Made by a program: the position numbers and the translations under genes. 64,000 nt of DNA, from positions 26,848,001 to 26,912,000 of the forward strand of contig NC_058368.1 in NCBI RefSeq assembly GCF_018350175.1, read 5' to 3'. Shown here piece by piece: positions 1 through 12,686 of the stretch. The notes under the pieces are model-generated. The model saw only the letters and a list, made by a program, of their open reading frames with translations. It was not told where the DNA came from and searched no databases. Positions within the stretch are counted from its first letter, which is position 1, and the number at the start of each line of letters is the position of its first letter. Source of the DNA: Felis catus (taxonomy: Eukaryota).

Positions 1-1496
1 AGTTAGATGGGGGGGGGGGGGTAATGACAAGAAACAGTATACATTCTTGAGTACATATTGCCACCCAGTGGATGCATGTGCATGATACACAAAGCATTTG
101 CAAAGGGAAAGACAAAGGAAGATGACAGTAAGAGGTTAATTATGACCATGTTAGTGTTAAAGCTATGTTTATGCTCAGTGAAGGTCAGATATCATAAGTG
201 ACCCAAACCTGCATTACCACTCATTTAGAATGCCAGACTAGATCTTAATATACATTTTCTAAGTATTCTGATAAACATTATCAGAGGCTTTCAGCAATGA
301 GAGAAAAATATTGAGCGTTCTTACCTCTGCTTTAGATACTAAAGTCTCATTAATGCCAATGAAACTTAATGTCCATGGATTTCCAATAAAACAAATCAGG
401 CGTATTTAACTTACAATAAGGCAGAAAGGGTTCTCAAGGCAGAGACTAGACATTTAAACCTTGACTCCCCAGGGTGCTAACAGTTTTGATCAATTACATT
501 TTTGGCATAATAATCTTGAGTTTCCCTTCATCAGAAAGCAAATAAAGATTTATTAGAGTAGGGATATATAGAGACAATGGATGGAAGCTGGGTCATTTAT
601 GTATTGACGTCATGTTTATGGAGAGATTTCCTAGTGGTTCAACTTGAAGGGGCACAACAAATATACTTCTCATGGAATAACTCCATAAGATTCTTCTGGT
701 ATTCTGTAGATAAGTCTAAACCTATGTACTATGTTTTCTAAAAAGAATAATAAAATCCACGCAATTGGAAGGACATTGAAAGTCCAAGGAAAACTAGTTT
801 GGGGTTTTATATCTTGCTATGTTTATGCAGTATCCTCATGAAGAGATTTATCCATCCACTTTTGAGCAACTCTAGATAGGGAGTCAAGTAACTAGGGTGC
901 TTGTTCTTTGCTGGGTCTGGGATTTATTCATCTAATCCTACTTATAAGCTAGTAAGTTAGCCTATCACTGTTTCATGAATGTTGACAGAAGACATGAGAT
1001 GCCTGAGTCAGGCACAAATGACTTCATTATTCACAATTAGCAAGTAGGATGAAATTACATTTGAGTGAGTTTCCCTTACTGCCAAGTCCCATAGGCGCAC
1101 TGGAGAGGGACCCAGGTGCATTCTTTGTACGTCTATTTGTGTCCTATGTTAAAAATCTTTAACTCGGGGAATCCACCACTTTTATAATAAGTGGTAAGTA
1201 AGTGTGCCTTTTGCCAATGGGATCAAACAATGCCTGTCTGGTCCAAGTTGGGAAGAGAAGAAGTTTTAAATTTAGATCAGATTGGACTCAATATTCCCAA
1301 ATTTACTACAAGTTGGAAACAAGCAAGTCTAATGATGGGTAAAACAAAACAAAACAAAACAAAACAAAACAAAAAACATGGCTGAAAGCCCTAAAATAGA
1401 TCTCTATTGCAAAAGTTCTTTCTTTATAGTGCCTTTAATATATCATTATTTAAATAAGTTCAGCTAAACATTGAAGATATAAAAGTACCCAGTGAG

Positions 1497-1665
1497 CAGT
1501 GATCCTCAACATTGGCTACACATTAAAATCATCAAGAAAGCTTTCAAGTACACTGATGTTACTGTGTAACACTCATACCCGCCATTCTAACTGAATTGAT
1601 TTGGGGTAATTTTTAAAGCTTAACAGGTAAGTCTATTAATGCAGCCAATGTTGAGAACTATTGCT
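1497..1665. mobile_element. MER5-like hAT-Charlie MITE
   Basis: inverted ends cagtgatcctcaacattggct / agccaatgttgagaactattg. Confidence 0.6.
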
Positions 1666-2564
1666 TTAGAAATAGAGTCTACCAAAACAAAACAAAATAC
1701 TTTTACTACTTTACTTTCAAATATCAACAGAACTATTGACAAGCTATTGAATTTTCATGGAAGAGACCTACCTATTTGATCTTCACTCTCGGGATCCCTG
1801 TCATAGTGATTTGATTAAATGAATGTATTCCTTTCATTAATGGGATATAAGTAAGTTCATTCCATGGGGTCAGGGACCAAGGCTCTTGTGTAATATAAGA
1901 TAAATACTAGAATATATTATTACAGGAGTGGAAAGAAATCAACAGTTTTGAAAACACATATTGATCTCTAACATACATCATTCCCATAGAAGACATGTTT
2001 TTTAAAGCAATAATTTAAAGTTTATATTGTTACATGAATTGGAAACTGGAAATTCTAATGTTTTAAAGAAACATGGATGAACACTTTAAAACAGATCTCC
2101 ATCTTAGATATTCTTTCCTTAAAATGACATTAATGTATTGTTATAATTTATATTTAAATAAATTCAACTAAATATTGAAGATAGAAAACTACTTGGCAGA
2201 AAATGACAATACACACACACAACAATGCCCCAAATGGTTTATTATCTTTATCCTTTCAGACTTTGTGCTGATCAATAAAGGATTCCTCCCCTTTTCCCTC
2301 CCTTTTTTCTTTCTGTAGATATAGGTGATTACAATGTGTTAATCTTCGCTAGATATTTAAAAAATGAAGATGAGTAAGACCTGGTCTTTACTCTGATAGC
2401 GCTGACATATACCAGTAGACAAGTAAACAGACCAACATTTAAAAATCAGTACACTGAGGACTATAAAAAAAATGATACACAAGATAGTACTCAAGAAAAT
2501 GACCAACAAAAATGTTCTGGAAAAGATGACCCCTGGTCTGAGTCTTAAAGGATGGCTATGAGTT

Positions 2565-3584
2565 GGAGGAGTCAACATGGCAGAGAAGTAGGGGGCCCGA
2601 AGTTCCTTCATCTCTCAAACACAGCAGTATTGAGGCCAGAAGACGGGCTACAGAGTGACAGAAATATCTCCAGGGGCCCACGGGGACATCTTGGTGGGCC
2701 ATAGGCATGTGATTGTGAATTGGGAGAGATAAAATGGGCCGCGTAGGCAAGGAGGGGAGGGATCCCCCTCTGTGGAGAGACAAAAGAAAGAGAAAGAGAG
2801 GCTGTGGAAGTGTAGGATTATATTTGGACAAGAGAAAAACCTCTCTGGACCACATACCGGGGAATGGAAAAAATGGAGAAAGAACCAATTTCTAACTTGC
2901 AAACAGCCTTAGGAGTGACGAACCAGGGTTGTGGGACTTCCTCTGGACTGGGGCCAGCCACCCTGTGCGTGTGCCTGGGGAGGAGGGGATCGAACCCTGG
3001 GCTTAGTAGCGAGCTCAGAGGCACAGTCAGAGAGAGCAGTCCCCTCCCTTGAGTGCTGTGGGAAGAAGGCATATAGCCTCTCCAAGGACAAAAGACCCTG
3101 CAGGTGCTGGCCAGCCTGAGGCCCTTTGTCCTCTGGCTGGATAGAGTGGCACTACCCTGGAACAGGGGCAGGTGAAGAGGAATTTAAGACATCAGGGTTT
3201 CAATCCCAGACAAGCACATGGGAGGCACGAATGACTGTAGAGCAAGAGAAGCCAGCCCATTCGCGACCACCCAGCACTGTGACAAACGCCTGAACACAGT
3301 GATTTGGGACACCCAGTCCAGGGAAAAGAGACTGGGTGTGCCATTTTTCTCTCCATCACCAACAAGGTGGGGCTTCAGGGAATAGGACAGACGGCCACAG
3401 TGGAGGCGGGACCCACCTACACCAAACCACGCCCCTCTGTGCCTGGTAACTGCTATCTGCCAACCAAGATTGACACTGACCAAACCAGACGGCCCCTCCT
3501 CCAAACCAGCACAGCCACTGGTTTCAAGGCAGCATCAGATATCCTCCCAGCGTTTTTGCATTTTCTGGTTTGATTCTTGGTCAA

Positions 3585-3638
<54 letters not shown>

Positions 3639-6600
3639 ATACGTGTATATGTATATGTATACACATGCACACATATATATAATTTTTTTCTTTCTTTTCT
3701 TCCTCTTATTTCTTCTCTTCTCTGTTCTGGTTGGTGGTTTGTTTAATGGGACATTTTAAATCTATTCTTTTTACACCTCTTCTGTATCTCCTTCTTCTTT
3801 ATTTTCCTCTTTCTCTCTGGATTAAGCCATATAGTATAGTTTCTCTGAGTCTCTAACTGGTCTTTTTTTTTTTTCTTTTCTTTTTCCCCACTCCTGTCAT
3901 TTCTCTCTTTGTATGGAATAAGGCTTCTTCTACCACCACTCCCCATTTTGAATTTTTTCCAAGGTTACTTCAATGAACAAATCAAAGCACAAGTGGGAGA
4001 AGGTCCAAACCACCACTATGAGTAGGGAGATAAAGCAACTAGAGTCAAAATAACAGAGAGCACACAACACACTCCAAAAACACCTCCTGAAGGGCCAGGC
4101 CCTGGACAGTGTATGACCCCTTTTTAATATGGTAGTTCTCACAGTTGCAGGACACATAACAAGCTATTAAAACACGTAAAGGACAGAAAACCAAACAAAA
4201 TGATGAAATGGAAGAATTCTCCTCAAAAGAAATTCCAGGAAATGACAGCTAGAAAATTGCTCAAAACAGATATAAACAATATATCTCATTAAGAATTTGG
4301 AATAATAGTCTTGAGATTAATAGCTGGGCTTAAAAAAAGCATAGAAGATACCAGAAAATCTACTGCTGCAAAGATCAAGGAAATAAGAAATAGTCATGAC
4401 AAATTAAGAAATGCTATAAATGAGGTACAAAATAAACTAGTTGCAGTGACAGCAAGGACGGAGAAAGCAGAGGGGAGAATAAGTGAAAAAGGAGATAAAA
4501 TTATGGAAAATGATAAAGCTGAGAAAAAGAGAGGTAAGAAAATACTAGACCATGAGGGGAGAATTAGAGAACTAGGTGATTCAATGAAACATAATATCTG
4601 TATCACAGAAGTTCCAGAAGAAGAGAGAGAGAAAGAGGCAGAAGGTTTACTTGAAAAATTATAGCTGAAAACTTCCCTAATCCGGGGAAGGAAGCAGACA
4701 TTTATATCCAGGAGGCACAGAGAACTCCCTTAAGAATCAATAAGAATATATCTTAACCACAGCATATCATAGCAAAACTAGCAAAATACAAAGATAAAGG
4801 GAATTCTGAAAGCATCTAGGGACAAATGGGCCTTAACCTACAAGGGTAGACACATAAGGGTAGTAGCAGACCTGTCCACTGAAACTTGGCAGGCCAGAAG
4901 GGTGTGGCAGGAAATATTTAATGTGTTAAGAACAATATGCAGCCAAGAATCCTTTATCCTTCAAGGTTGTCATTCATAATAGAAGGAGAGATAAAGGCTT
5001 TCCCAGATAAAGGAGTGCATGACCACCAAACCAGCCCTGCAAATGATCCTAAGGGGGACTCTGTGAGTGGAATGCTGCAAAGACGACAAAGGACAAGACA
5101 TCACCACTAGCATGGAACCTACAGATAACACAATGACACTAAATCCATATCTTTCAAAAATCACTCTGAATGTAAACGGACTAAATGCTCCAATGAAAAG
5201 ACATAAGGTATCAGAACGGATAAAAAAACAAGACCCATCTTTTTGCTGTCTACAAAAGACCCATTTTATACCTGAGGACACCTTCAGATTAAAAGTGAGG
5301 GGATGGAGAACCATCTATCATGGTACTGGAAGTCAAAAGACAACTGGAGTAGCCATACTTACATCAGACAAACTATATTTTAAACTAAAGACTGTAAGAG
5401 ATGAAGAAGGGAATTGTATCATAATTACAAGGTCTATCCATCAAGAAGAGCTGACAATTGTAAATGTTTATGCCCCCTAATTGACAGCACCCAAATACAT
5501 AAATCAATTAATCACAAACATAAGCAATCTTATTGATAAGAAAACAGTAATTGCAGGTGACTTTAATACTCCACTTACAACAATGGAGAAATCATCTAGG
5601 CAGAAAATCAATAAAGAAACAATGGCCCTGAATGATACACTGGAACAGATGGACTTGACAGATATATTCAGAACTTTTCATCCAAAAGCAACAGAATACA
5701 CATTCTTCTTGAGTGCACATAGGACATTCTCCAAGATAGATCACATACTGGGTCACAAAACAGCCCTCAATAAATACAAAAGAATTGAGATCATACCATG
5801 CATATTTTCAGATCACAAGGCTATGAAACTTGAAATGAACCACAAGAAAAATTTGGAAAGCCTCAAAATGCATGGAGGTTAAAGAACATCCAACTAAAGA
5901 ATGAATGGATCAACCAGGCAATTAAAGAAGAAATTAAAAAATGTATGGAAGAAAATGGAAATGAAAACACAACAGTCCAAACCCTTTGGGATGTAGCAAA
6001 GGCAGTCCTAAGAGGAAAATACATTGCAATCCAGGCCGATCTCAAAAAACAAGAAAAATCCCAAATACAAAACCTAACCTCCACCTAAAGGAACTAGAAG
6101 CAGAGCTGCTAAGAAAACCAAAACTCAGCAGAAGAATAGAAATAATAAAAACTAGAGTAGAAATGAACAATATAGAATCCAAAAAAAAAAAAGAGAACAG
6201 ATCCATAAATCTAAGAGTTGGTTTTTGAAAGAATACGCCAAATTGATAACCCACTAGCCAGACTTCTCAAGAAAAGAGAGAAAACACAAATAGATAAAAT
6301 CACGAATGAAAGAGGAGAGATCACAACACCACAGAAATAAAAATAATTAAGAGAATACTATGAAAAATTATATGTCAAAAACTGGACAACCTGGAAGAAA
6401 TGGACAAATTCCTAGACACCCACACACTACCAAAACTCAGAAAGAAACAGAAAATTTGAACAGATCCATAACCAGTGAAGAATTTGAATTGGTTATCAAA
6501 AATCTCCCAACAAATAAGAGTCCTGGACCAGATGGCTTCCCAGGGGAATTCTATCAGACATTTAAAGCAGAGTTAATAGCTGTTCCAAAAAATAAAAATG

Positions 6601-9087
6601 GAAGGAAGCTTCTGTGAGACCCTACAAAAAAGGAGAATTATAGGCCATATCCCTGATGAACATGGATGCAAAAATTCTCAACAAGATACTAGCAAATTGA
6701 ATTCAACAGTATATCAAAAGAATTATTCACCATGATCAAGTGGGATTCATTCCTGGGCTGCAGGGCTGGTTCAATATTCACAAATCATTCAGTGTGATCC
6801 ATCACATTAACAGAAGAAAAGATAAGAAACATGACCCTATCAATAGATGCAGAAAAAGCCTTTGATAAAATACAACATCCTTTCTTAATAAAAACCCTCA
6901 AGAAAGTCAGGATAGAAGGAACATACTTAAACATCAAAGAAGTCATATATGAAAAGCCCACAGCTAGTATTATCCTCAATGGGAAAGACCGAAAGCTTTT
7001 CCGCTGAGATCAGGAACATGACAGGGGTCTCCTTCTCACCACTGTTGTTTAACATAGTGTTGGAAGTCCTAGCCACGGCAAGCAGACAACAAAATGAAAT
7101 AAAAGGCATCCAAACTGGCAAAGGAATCAAACTTTCACTTTTTGCATGATACTCTACATGGAAAACCCAAAAGACTCCATCAAAAGACTCCTAGAAGTGA
7201 TACATGAATTCAGCAAAGTCGCAGGATACAAAATCAATGTACAGAAATCAGTTGCATTTGTATACACCAATAACGAAGCAACAGAAAGAAATAAAGAAAC
7301 TGATCTCATTTACAATTTCACCAAGAACCATAAAATACATAGGAATAAACCTAACCAAAGATGTAAAAGGTCTGTATGCTGAAAACTATAGAAAGCTTAT
7401 GAAGGACTGAAGAAGACACAAAGAAATGGGAAAACATTCCATGCTCTTGGATTGGAAGAATAAACATTGTTAAGATGTCAGTACTACCCAAAGCAATCTA
7501 CCCATTCAATGCAATCCCAATCAGAGTGCACAGAGCTAGAATAAACACCCTAAAATTTGTATGGAACCACAAAAGACCCCAAAGAGCCAAAGTAATGTTG
7601 AAAAAGAAAACCAAAGCGGGAGGCATCACAATCCCGGACTTCAGCCTCTACTACAAAGCTGTAATCATCAAGACAGTATATGGTATTGGCACAAAAACAG
7701 ACACATAGACCAATGGAATAGAATATAGAACCCAGAATTGGACCCACACATGTATGGCCGACTAATCTTTGACAAAGCAGGGAAGAGGATCCAATGGAAA
7801 AAAGACAGTCTCTTTAACAAATAGTGCTGAGAGAACTGGACAGCAACATGCAGAAGAATGAAACTGGACAACTTTCCTACACCATACACAAAAATAGACT
7901 CAAACTGGATGAAAGACCTAAATGTGAAGCAGGAAACCATCAAAACCGTCGAGGAGAAAACAGGCAACAATCTTTGACCTCAGCCACAGCAACTTCTTAA
8001 TCGACACATCTCTGAAGGCAAGGGGAATAAAAGCAAAAATGAACTATTGGGACCTCATCAAGATAAAAGCTTCTGCACAGCAAAGGAAACAATCAACAAG
8101 ACGAAAAGGCAACCAACGGAATGGGAAAAGATGTTTGCAGATGACATACCAGATAAAGGGCTAGTATGCAAAATCTATAAAGAACTTATCAAACTCCACA
8201 CCCAAAAAGCAAATAATCCAGGGAAGAAATGGGCAGAAGACATGAATAGACACTTTTCCAAAGAAGACACCCAGATGGCCAACAAGCACATGAAAAGATG
8301 CTTAATGTCACGCATTATCAGGGAAATACAAATCAAAGCCACACTGAGATACCACCTCACACCTGCCAGAGTGGCTAAAATTAACAAATCAGGAAACAAC
8401 AGATGTTGGCAAGGATGTGGAGAAATGGGAACCCTCTTGCACTGTTGGTGGAAATGCAAACTGGTGCAGCCACTCTGGAAAACAGTGTGGAGGTTCCTCA
8501 AAAAGTTAAAAATAGACCTACCCCACCACCCAGCAATAGCACTACCAGGAATTTACCCAAAGGATACAGGAGTGCTGATACATAGGGGCACAGGTACCCC
8601 AATGTTTATAGCAGGGCTATCAATAACAGCCAAATTATGGAAAGAGCCCAAATGTTCATCAACGGATGAATGGATAAAGATGTGGTTTATATATACAATA
8701 GAATACTATTTTGCAATGAGAAAGAATGAAATCTTGCCATTTGCAAACAATGTGAATGGAAGTAGAGGGCATTATGCTAAGTGAAATAAGTCAGTCAGAG
8801 AAAGACAGATATCATATGTTTTCACTCATATGTGGAATTTGAGAAACTTAACCGAAGACCATGGGGGAAGGGAAGGGGAAAAAATAGTTTCAAACAGAGA
8901 GGGAGGCAAACCATAAGAGACTCTTAAATACAGAGAACAAAGTGAGGGTTGATGGCGGAAGCTGGGGGAGAAGGGAAAATGAGTGGTGAGCATTGAGGAG
9001 GGCACTTGTTGGGATGAGCACTGGATGTCATATGTAAGTGATGAATCATGGGAATCTACTCCCAAAGCCAAGAGCACACCGTATACA
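2565..9087 (+). mobile_element. Near full-length, inactivated carnivore/felid LINE-1 (5' UTR, ORF1 ~4200-5070, ORF2 from ~5133, 3' UTR)
   Basis: L1 5' start motif (ggaggagtcaacatggcagagaagtagg); ORF-track fragments with ORF1 coiled coil, endonuclease (TLNVNGLN, GDFNTPL, SDH), RT and C-terminal HCWW motif; many frameshifts and stops; no poly(A) tail or TSD found. Confidence 0.93.
3588..3680. repeat. (GT)n / (TA)-mixed microsatellite in the L1 5' UTR
   Basis: direct reading. Confidence 0.95.
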
Positions 9088-10115
9088 ATACTGCTTAGAT
9101 ATGCCAAAATTTTGTTATATTTTGTAGAAGGTAGACCTTTGAACATTAACATAGCCCCTCACCCTGCCTAATGGAACAAAAACTACTATTCTTCTATATA
9201 TGACCTGGCATATTGCTGAGTATACACTACATTGACAACTGAATTTTGGTCAAATGTCTCTATGGAATTGGGGGGGGGGGGGACACTCCAGTGCTGTATC
9301 CATTCATTTAGAGGTTTATATTATGTATGTCCTCGGTGCTGCTTGTTTTCTCAGGAGAAAACCTAAGTAAAAGTAACCTTGAACCTAATTTGAGTTCTAG
9401 TCAGTCTTTGAATACAAACCAACCTCTGTGGTCTGACTGAGCTTAATGGTATATTCCAGGAAATGAAAAAAAGCACAGAATGGATGGAATATGCAATAGA
9501 GAGTGGGGAGTGGTAGAAATAGAAAAGGTAACAAAGGGGTGAGATCATAATAGCTCATATAAAAGTTAGTGAGTAGGCCTTCATCTTGGAGATAGCAGAA
9601 ACATCATATAGTACAGAGGGATGTAATATGACCAGATTTGCATTTTAGAACAATAATAGCAGTAAGAGAAGAGATTCAATGAAGGCAGACTAGTTAGAAG
9701 GCTGGTCAAATGATGCATCTGAGAGATGATGATCTGAATGTCTGGCAGTTAAGATAGAGAGACATGGGAACAGATGATAGATTTATAAAGGCAGAAGTGT
9801 AGGGGAAGAAGAGGTGAAGGAAAGGGAGACATTCAGAAACACTCTAAGATTTTTTGGATGAGCAACTTCACGAAAAATGGTTTCATTCTCTGAAATAGAA
9901 CATCAGAGGGGAAAAATTTTGGAGGGGAAATGGTGAGTTAAGTTTGGAGGATATTGTTTTGAGGGGCCCATAGGATATGTCCAATAAGCAACACTATACC
10001 CAAGTCTGAATATGTACTTGAAAGTATAAAACTTAAAGAATTAGGTTACCTTATGTAAAGGAAACATCGATTATAAACACGAGGATGATGGGGTGGGATA
10101 AGAAAATAAACTCTA

Positions 10116-10634
10116 TGTTCATAGCAGCACTCTCAACAATAGCCAAATTATGGAAAGAGCCTAAATGTCCATCAACTGATGAATGGATAAAGAAATTGTG
10201 GTTTATATACACAATGGAATATTACGTGGCAATGAGAAAAAATGAAATATGGCCTTTTGTAGCAACGTGGATGGAACTGGAGAGTGTGATGCTAAGTGAA
10301 ATAAGCCATACAGAGAAAGACAGATACCATATGGTTTCACTCTTATGTGGACCCTGAGAAACTTAACAGGAACCCATGGGGGAGGGGAAGGAAAAAAAAA
10401 AACAGGTTAGAGTGGGAGAGAGCCAAAGCATAAGAGACTCTTAAAAACTGAGAACAAACTGAGGGTTGATGGGGGGTGGGAGGGAGGAGAGGGTGGGTGA
10501 TGGGTATTGAGGAGGGCACCTTTTGGGATGAGCACTGGGTGTTGTATGGAAACCAATTTGTCAATAAATTTCATATAAAAAAATAAAAAAAAAATAAACA
10601 TTTTTTAAAAATTAAAAAAAAAAAAAAATAAAAT
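10116..10634 (+). mobile_element. Young 5'-truncated felid L1 3' fragment with A-rich tail
   Basis: ORF2 C-terminus ([27 protein letters not shown]), 3' UTR, A-tail; flanked by the TSD aaataaactcta. Confidence 0.9.
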
Positions 10635-10646
10635 AAATAAACTCTA

Positions 10647-10851
10647 GGGGCGCCTGGGTGGCGCAGTCGGTTAAGCGTCCGACTTCAGCCAGGTCACGAT
10701 CTCGCGGTCTGTGAGTTCGAGCCCCGGGCTGATGGCTCGGAGCCTGGAGCCTGTTTCCGATTCTGTGTCTCCCTCTCTCTCTGCCCCTCCCCTGTTCATG
10801 CTCTGTCTCTCTCTGTCCCCCCCCCCCCCAAAAAAAAAACACGTTGAAAAA
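10647..10851 (+). mobile_element. Young CAN-SINE (SINEC_Fc-like) with an internal deletion
   Basis: ggggcgcctgggtggcgcagtcggttaagcgtccgact head, (CT)n linker, A tail, TSD. Confidence 0.92.
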
Positions 10852-10968
10852 AAGAAAATAAACTCTAAAACATGTGCGTAAGGAAAGTAAAGGAATAGGG
10901 AAGTACTGATAATATGTAAATTGAAGCAATGTATAATGCAAAACTAGGAATTAAGAAAATGGAGGATA

Positions 10969-11159
10969 GGGGCACCTGGGTGGTTCAGTTGGTTGAGGGT
11001 CCAGCTCTTGATTTTGGGTTGGGTCATGATCTCACGGTTTGTGAGATCAAGCCCCACATCTGGCTCTGTGATGATGGAATGCAGCCTGCTTGGAATTCTC
11101 TTTCCCTCTCTCTTGCTCTCAAAATAAAGAAATAAACATTTTTTTTAAAAAAAAGAGAA
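10969..11159 (+). mobile_element. CAN-SINE
   Basis: tRNA-derived head, CT linker, A tail; 16-bp TSD aagaaaatggaggata at 10953-10968 and 11160-11175. Confidence 0.9.
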
Positions 11160-12010
11160 AAGAAAATGGAGGATATTAAAAACTCAAAACTCAATTGTCA
11201 TGAACACATCTATTTTCCACAAATGTTTCTCATTAAATGAGAGTACTCTCTTTTTGTTGTTGTTAGAAAGGAATGTGACATTTTGAGCTAAAGAGTCTGC
11301 TGGAAGCTTTAATTATTTAATAAAATACAGTAACTGGACACCCCAGCCTTCTGAGAATTAAATAAAACAAAAAGCCTGCTCCAGATTTAGAAAGGACATA
11401 GTTTACCACAGGCACTTGGCACAAGGACACAGGAAATACGATGTAAGCATTTATTTCTCTAGAAAGAAAATCTATTTAAGGAGAGTATGAAAAGTTTGTC
11501 TCTACACAATTGATACGTGATCATCATGAGTCCAAACTAAATGTGTTAATCTGGAAAAAGTAGTAGTGACAGATTCTATTTCCTTCACTAAACAAATAGC
11601 TAGCATAGAATAACTCATTACTTGTAGCAGCCGCCCCATCTCTGATATCACAAGTTTAAAAAACATTGCCTACAATGGAAACACATGTGCTCTAGACCAC
11701 AGTTCACATAAACACATACAGTAAGCATATAAACTACGATTCCCATTCTTTACTGCACAAGTTACAAAAACTTTATAAAAAGAAATCCATAATTCCACTG
11801 CATCCAATATGTTGTGTGTGAATTTACATTATTTAGGGCAAACAGGCTATATATAATACATACACATTTCTTGCTTGCCATTTAGCACAAACACTCGGAT
11901 CCACACACACACACACACACACACATAGATAACTGAGCAGTGCTTTCTTGAAAGTGCTGGACTTCCATAGATTGGTGGCATCTAAGAGTTCACATAACAA
12001 ATAGGATGTT

Positions 12011-12190
12011 GGGACACCAGGGTTGCTTAGTTGGTTGAGCATCCGGCTCGTGATATGGCTCAGGTCATGATCCCAGGGTTGTGGGATCAAGCCCCATGTC
12101 AGACTGAGTGTGAACCCTGCTTAAGATTCTCTCTCTCTTTCTCTCCCTCTGCCCCTCTCCCCCGTTCTTGCTCTCTATTAAAAAAAAAAA
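12011..12190 (+). mobile_element. CAN-SINE (older)
   Basis: degenerate head, caggtcatgatcccagggttgtgggatcaagcccc, CT linker, A tail. Confidence 0.85.
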
Positions 12191-12686
12191 GTAGGATGGA
12201 TATATTGTAAGTATAACTTTAATACAACCAAGTAAAAACAATTATTAAATCTACTTTGAAATATAAAATGATATAATTCACATGTAATTGACATATTATC
12301 CTCCAGCTTTTGAATCCATGGGTGTTATGTTTTTGTCATGTGTCATAGAATAAGCTTCTCTGAATTTCTCCCCCCAAATTCTACTTACAGAAAAGGAATT
12401 ACTGGAGATTCTGTAGAAGTGAGATAGATCCAGGTGGGTGAGGGTTCCTAAATGCTTTTATAGACTTGAACTACAAGATGGTGCATATATAAAGTAAGAG
12501 CAATACATTCATTAACTTTAAAAGCACCTCTTTTTTTTTTTTTCTTTCCTGGTACAAATAAATACAGAGAGTAAGATTGGTTCAACTTTATACCAAGGAA
12601 AAGAGCAAAGCTACTTGTAGAAATACTGCCTCCTAGTGGAAAGATCACTTTTTCATTTGTTTTATAAAGCACTGGAGTACAGCACA

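Noticed and set aside
4311..8784. Many ORFs with endonuclease/RT motifs that might suggest an active RT-based system
   Set aside because: They are frameshifted pieces of ordinary L1 ORF1/ORF2; not intact.
10647..10720. tRNA-like A/B box sequences
   Set aside because: They are heads of tRNA-derived CAN-SINEs with CT linker and A tail, not tRNA genes.
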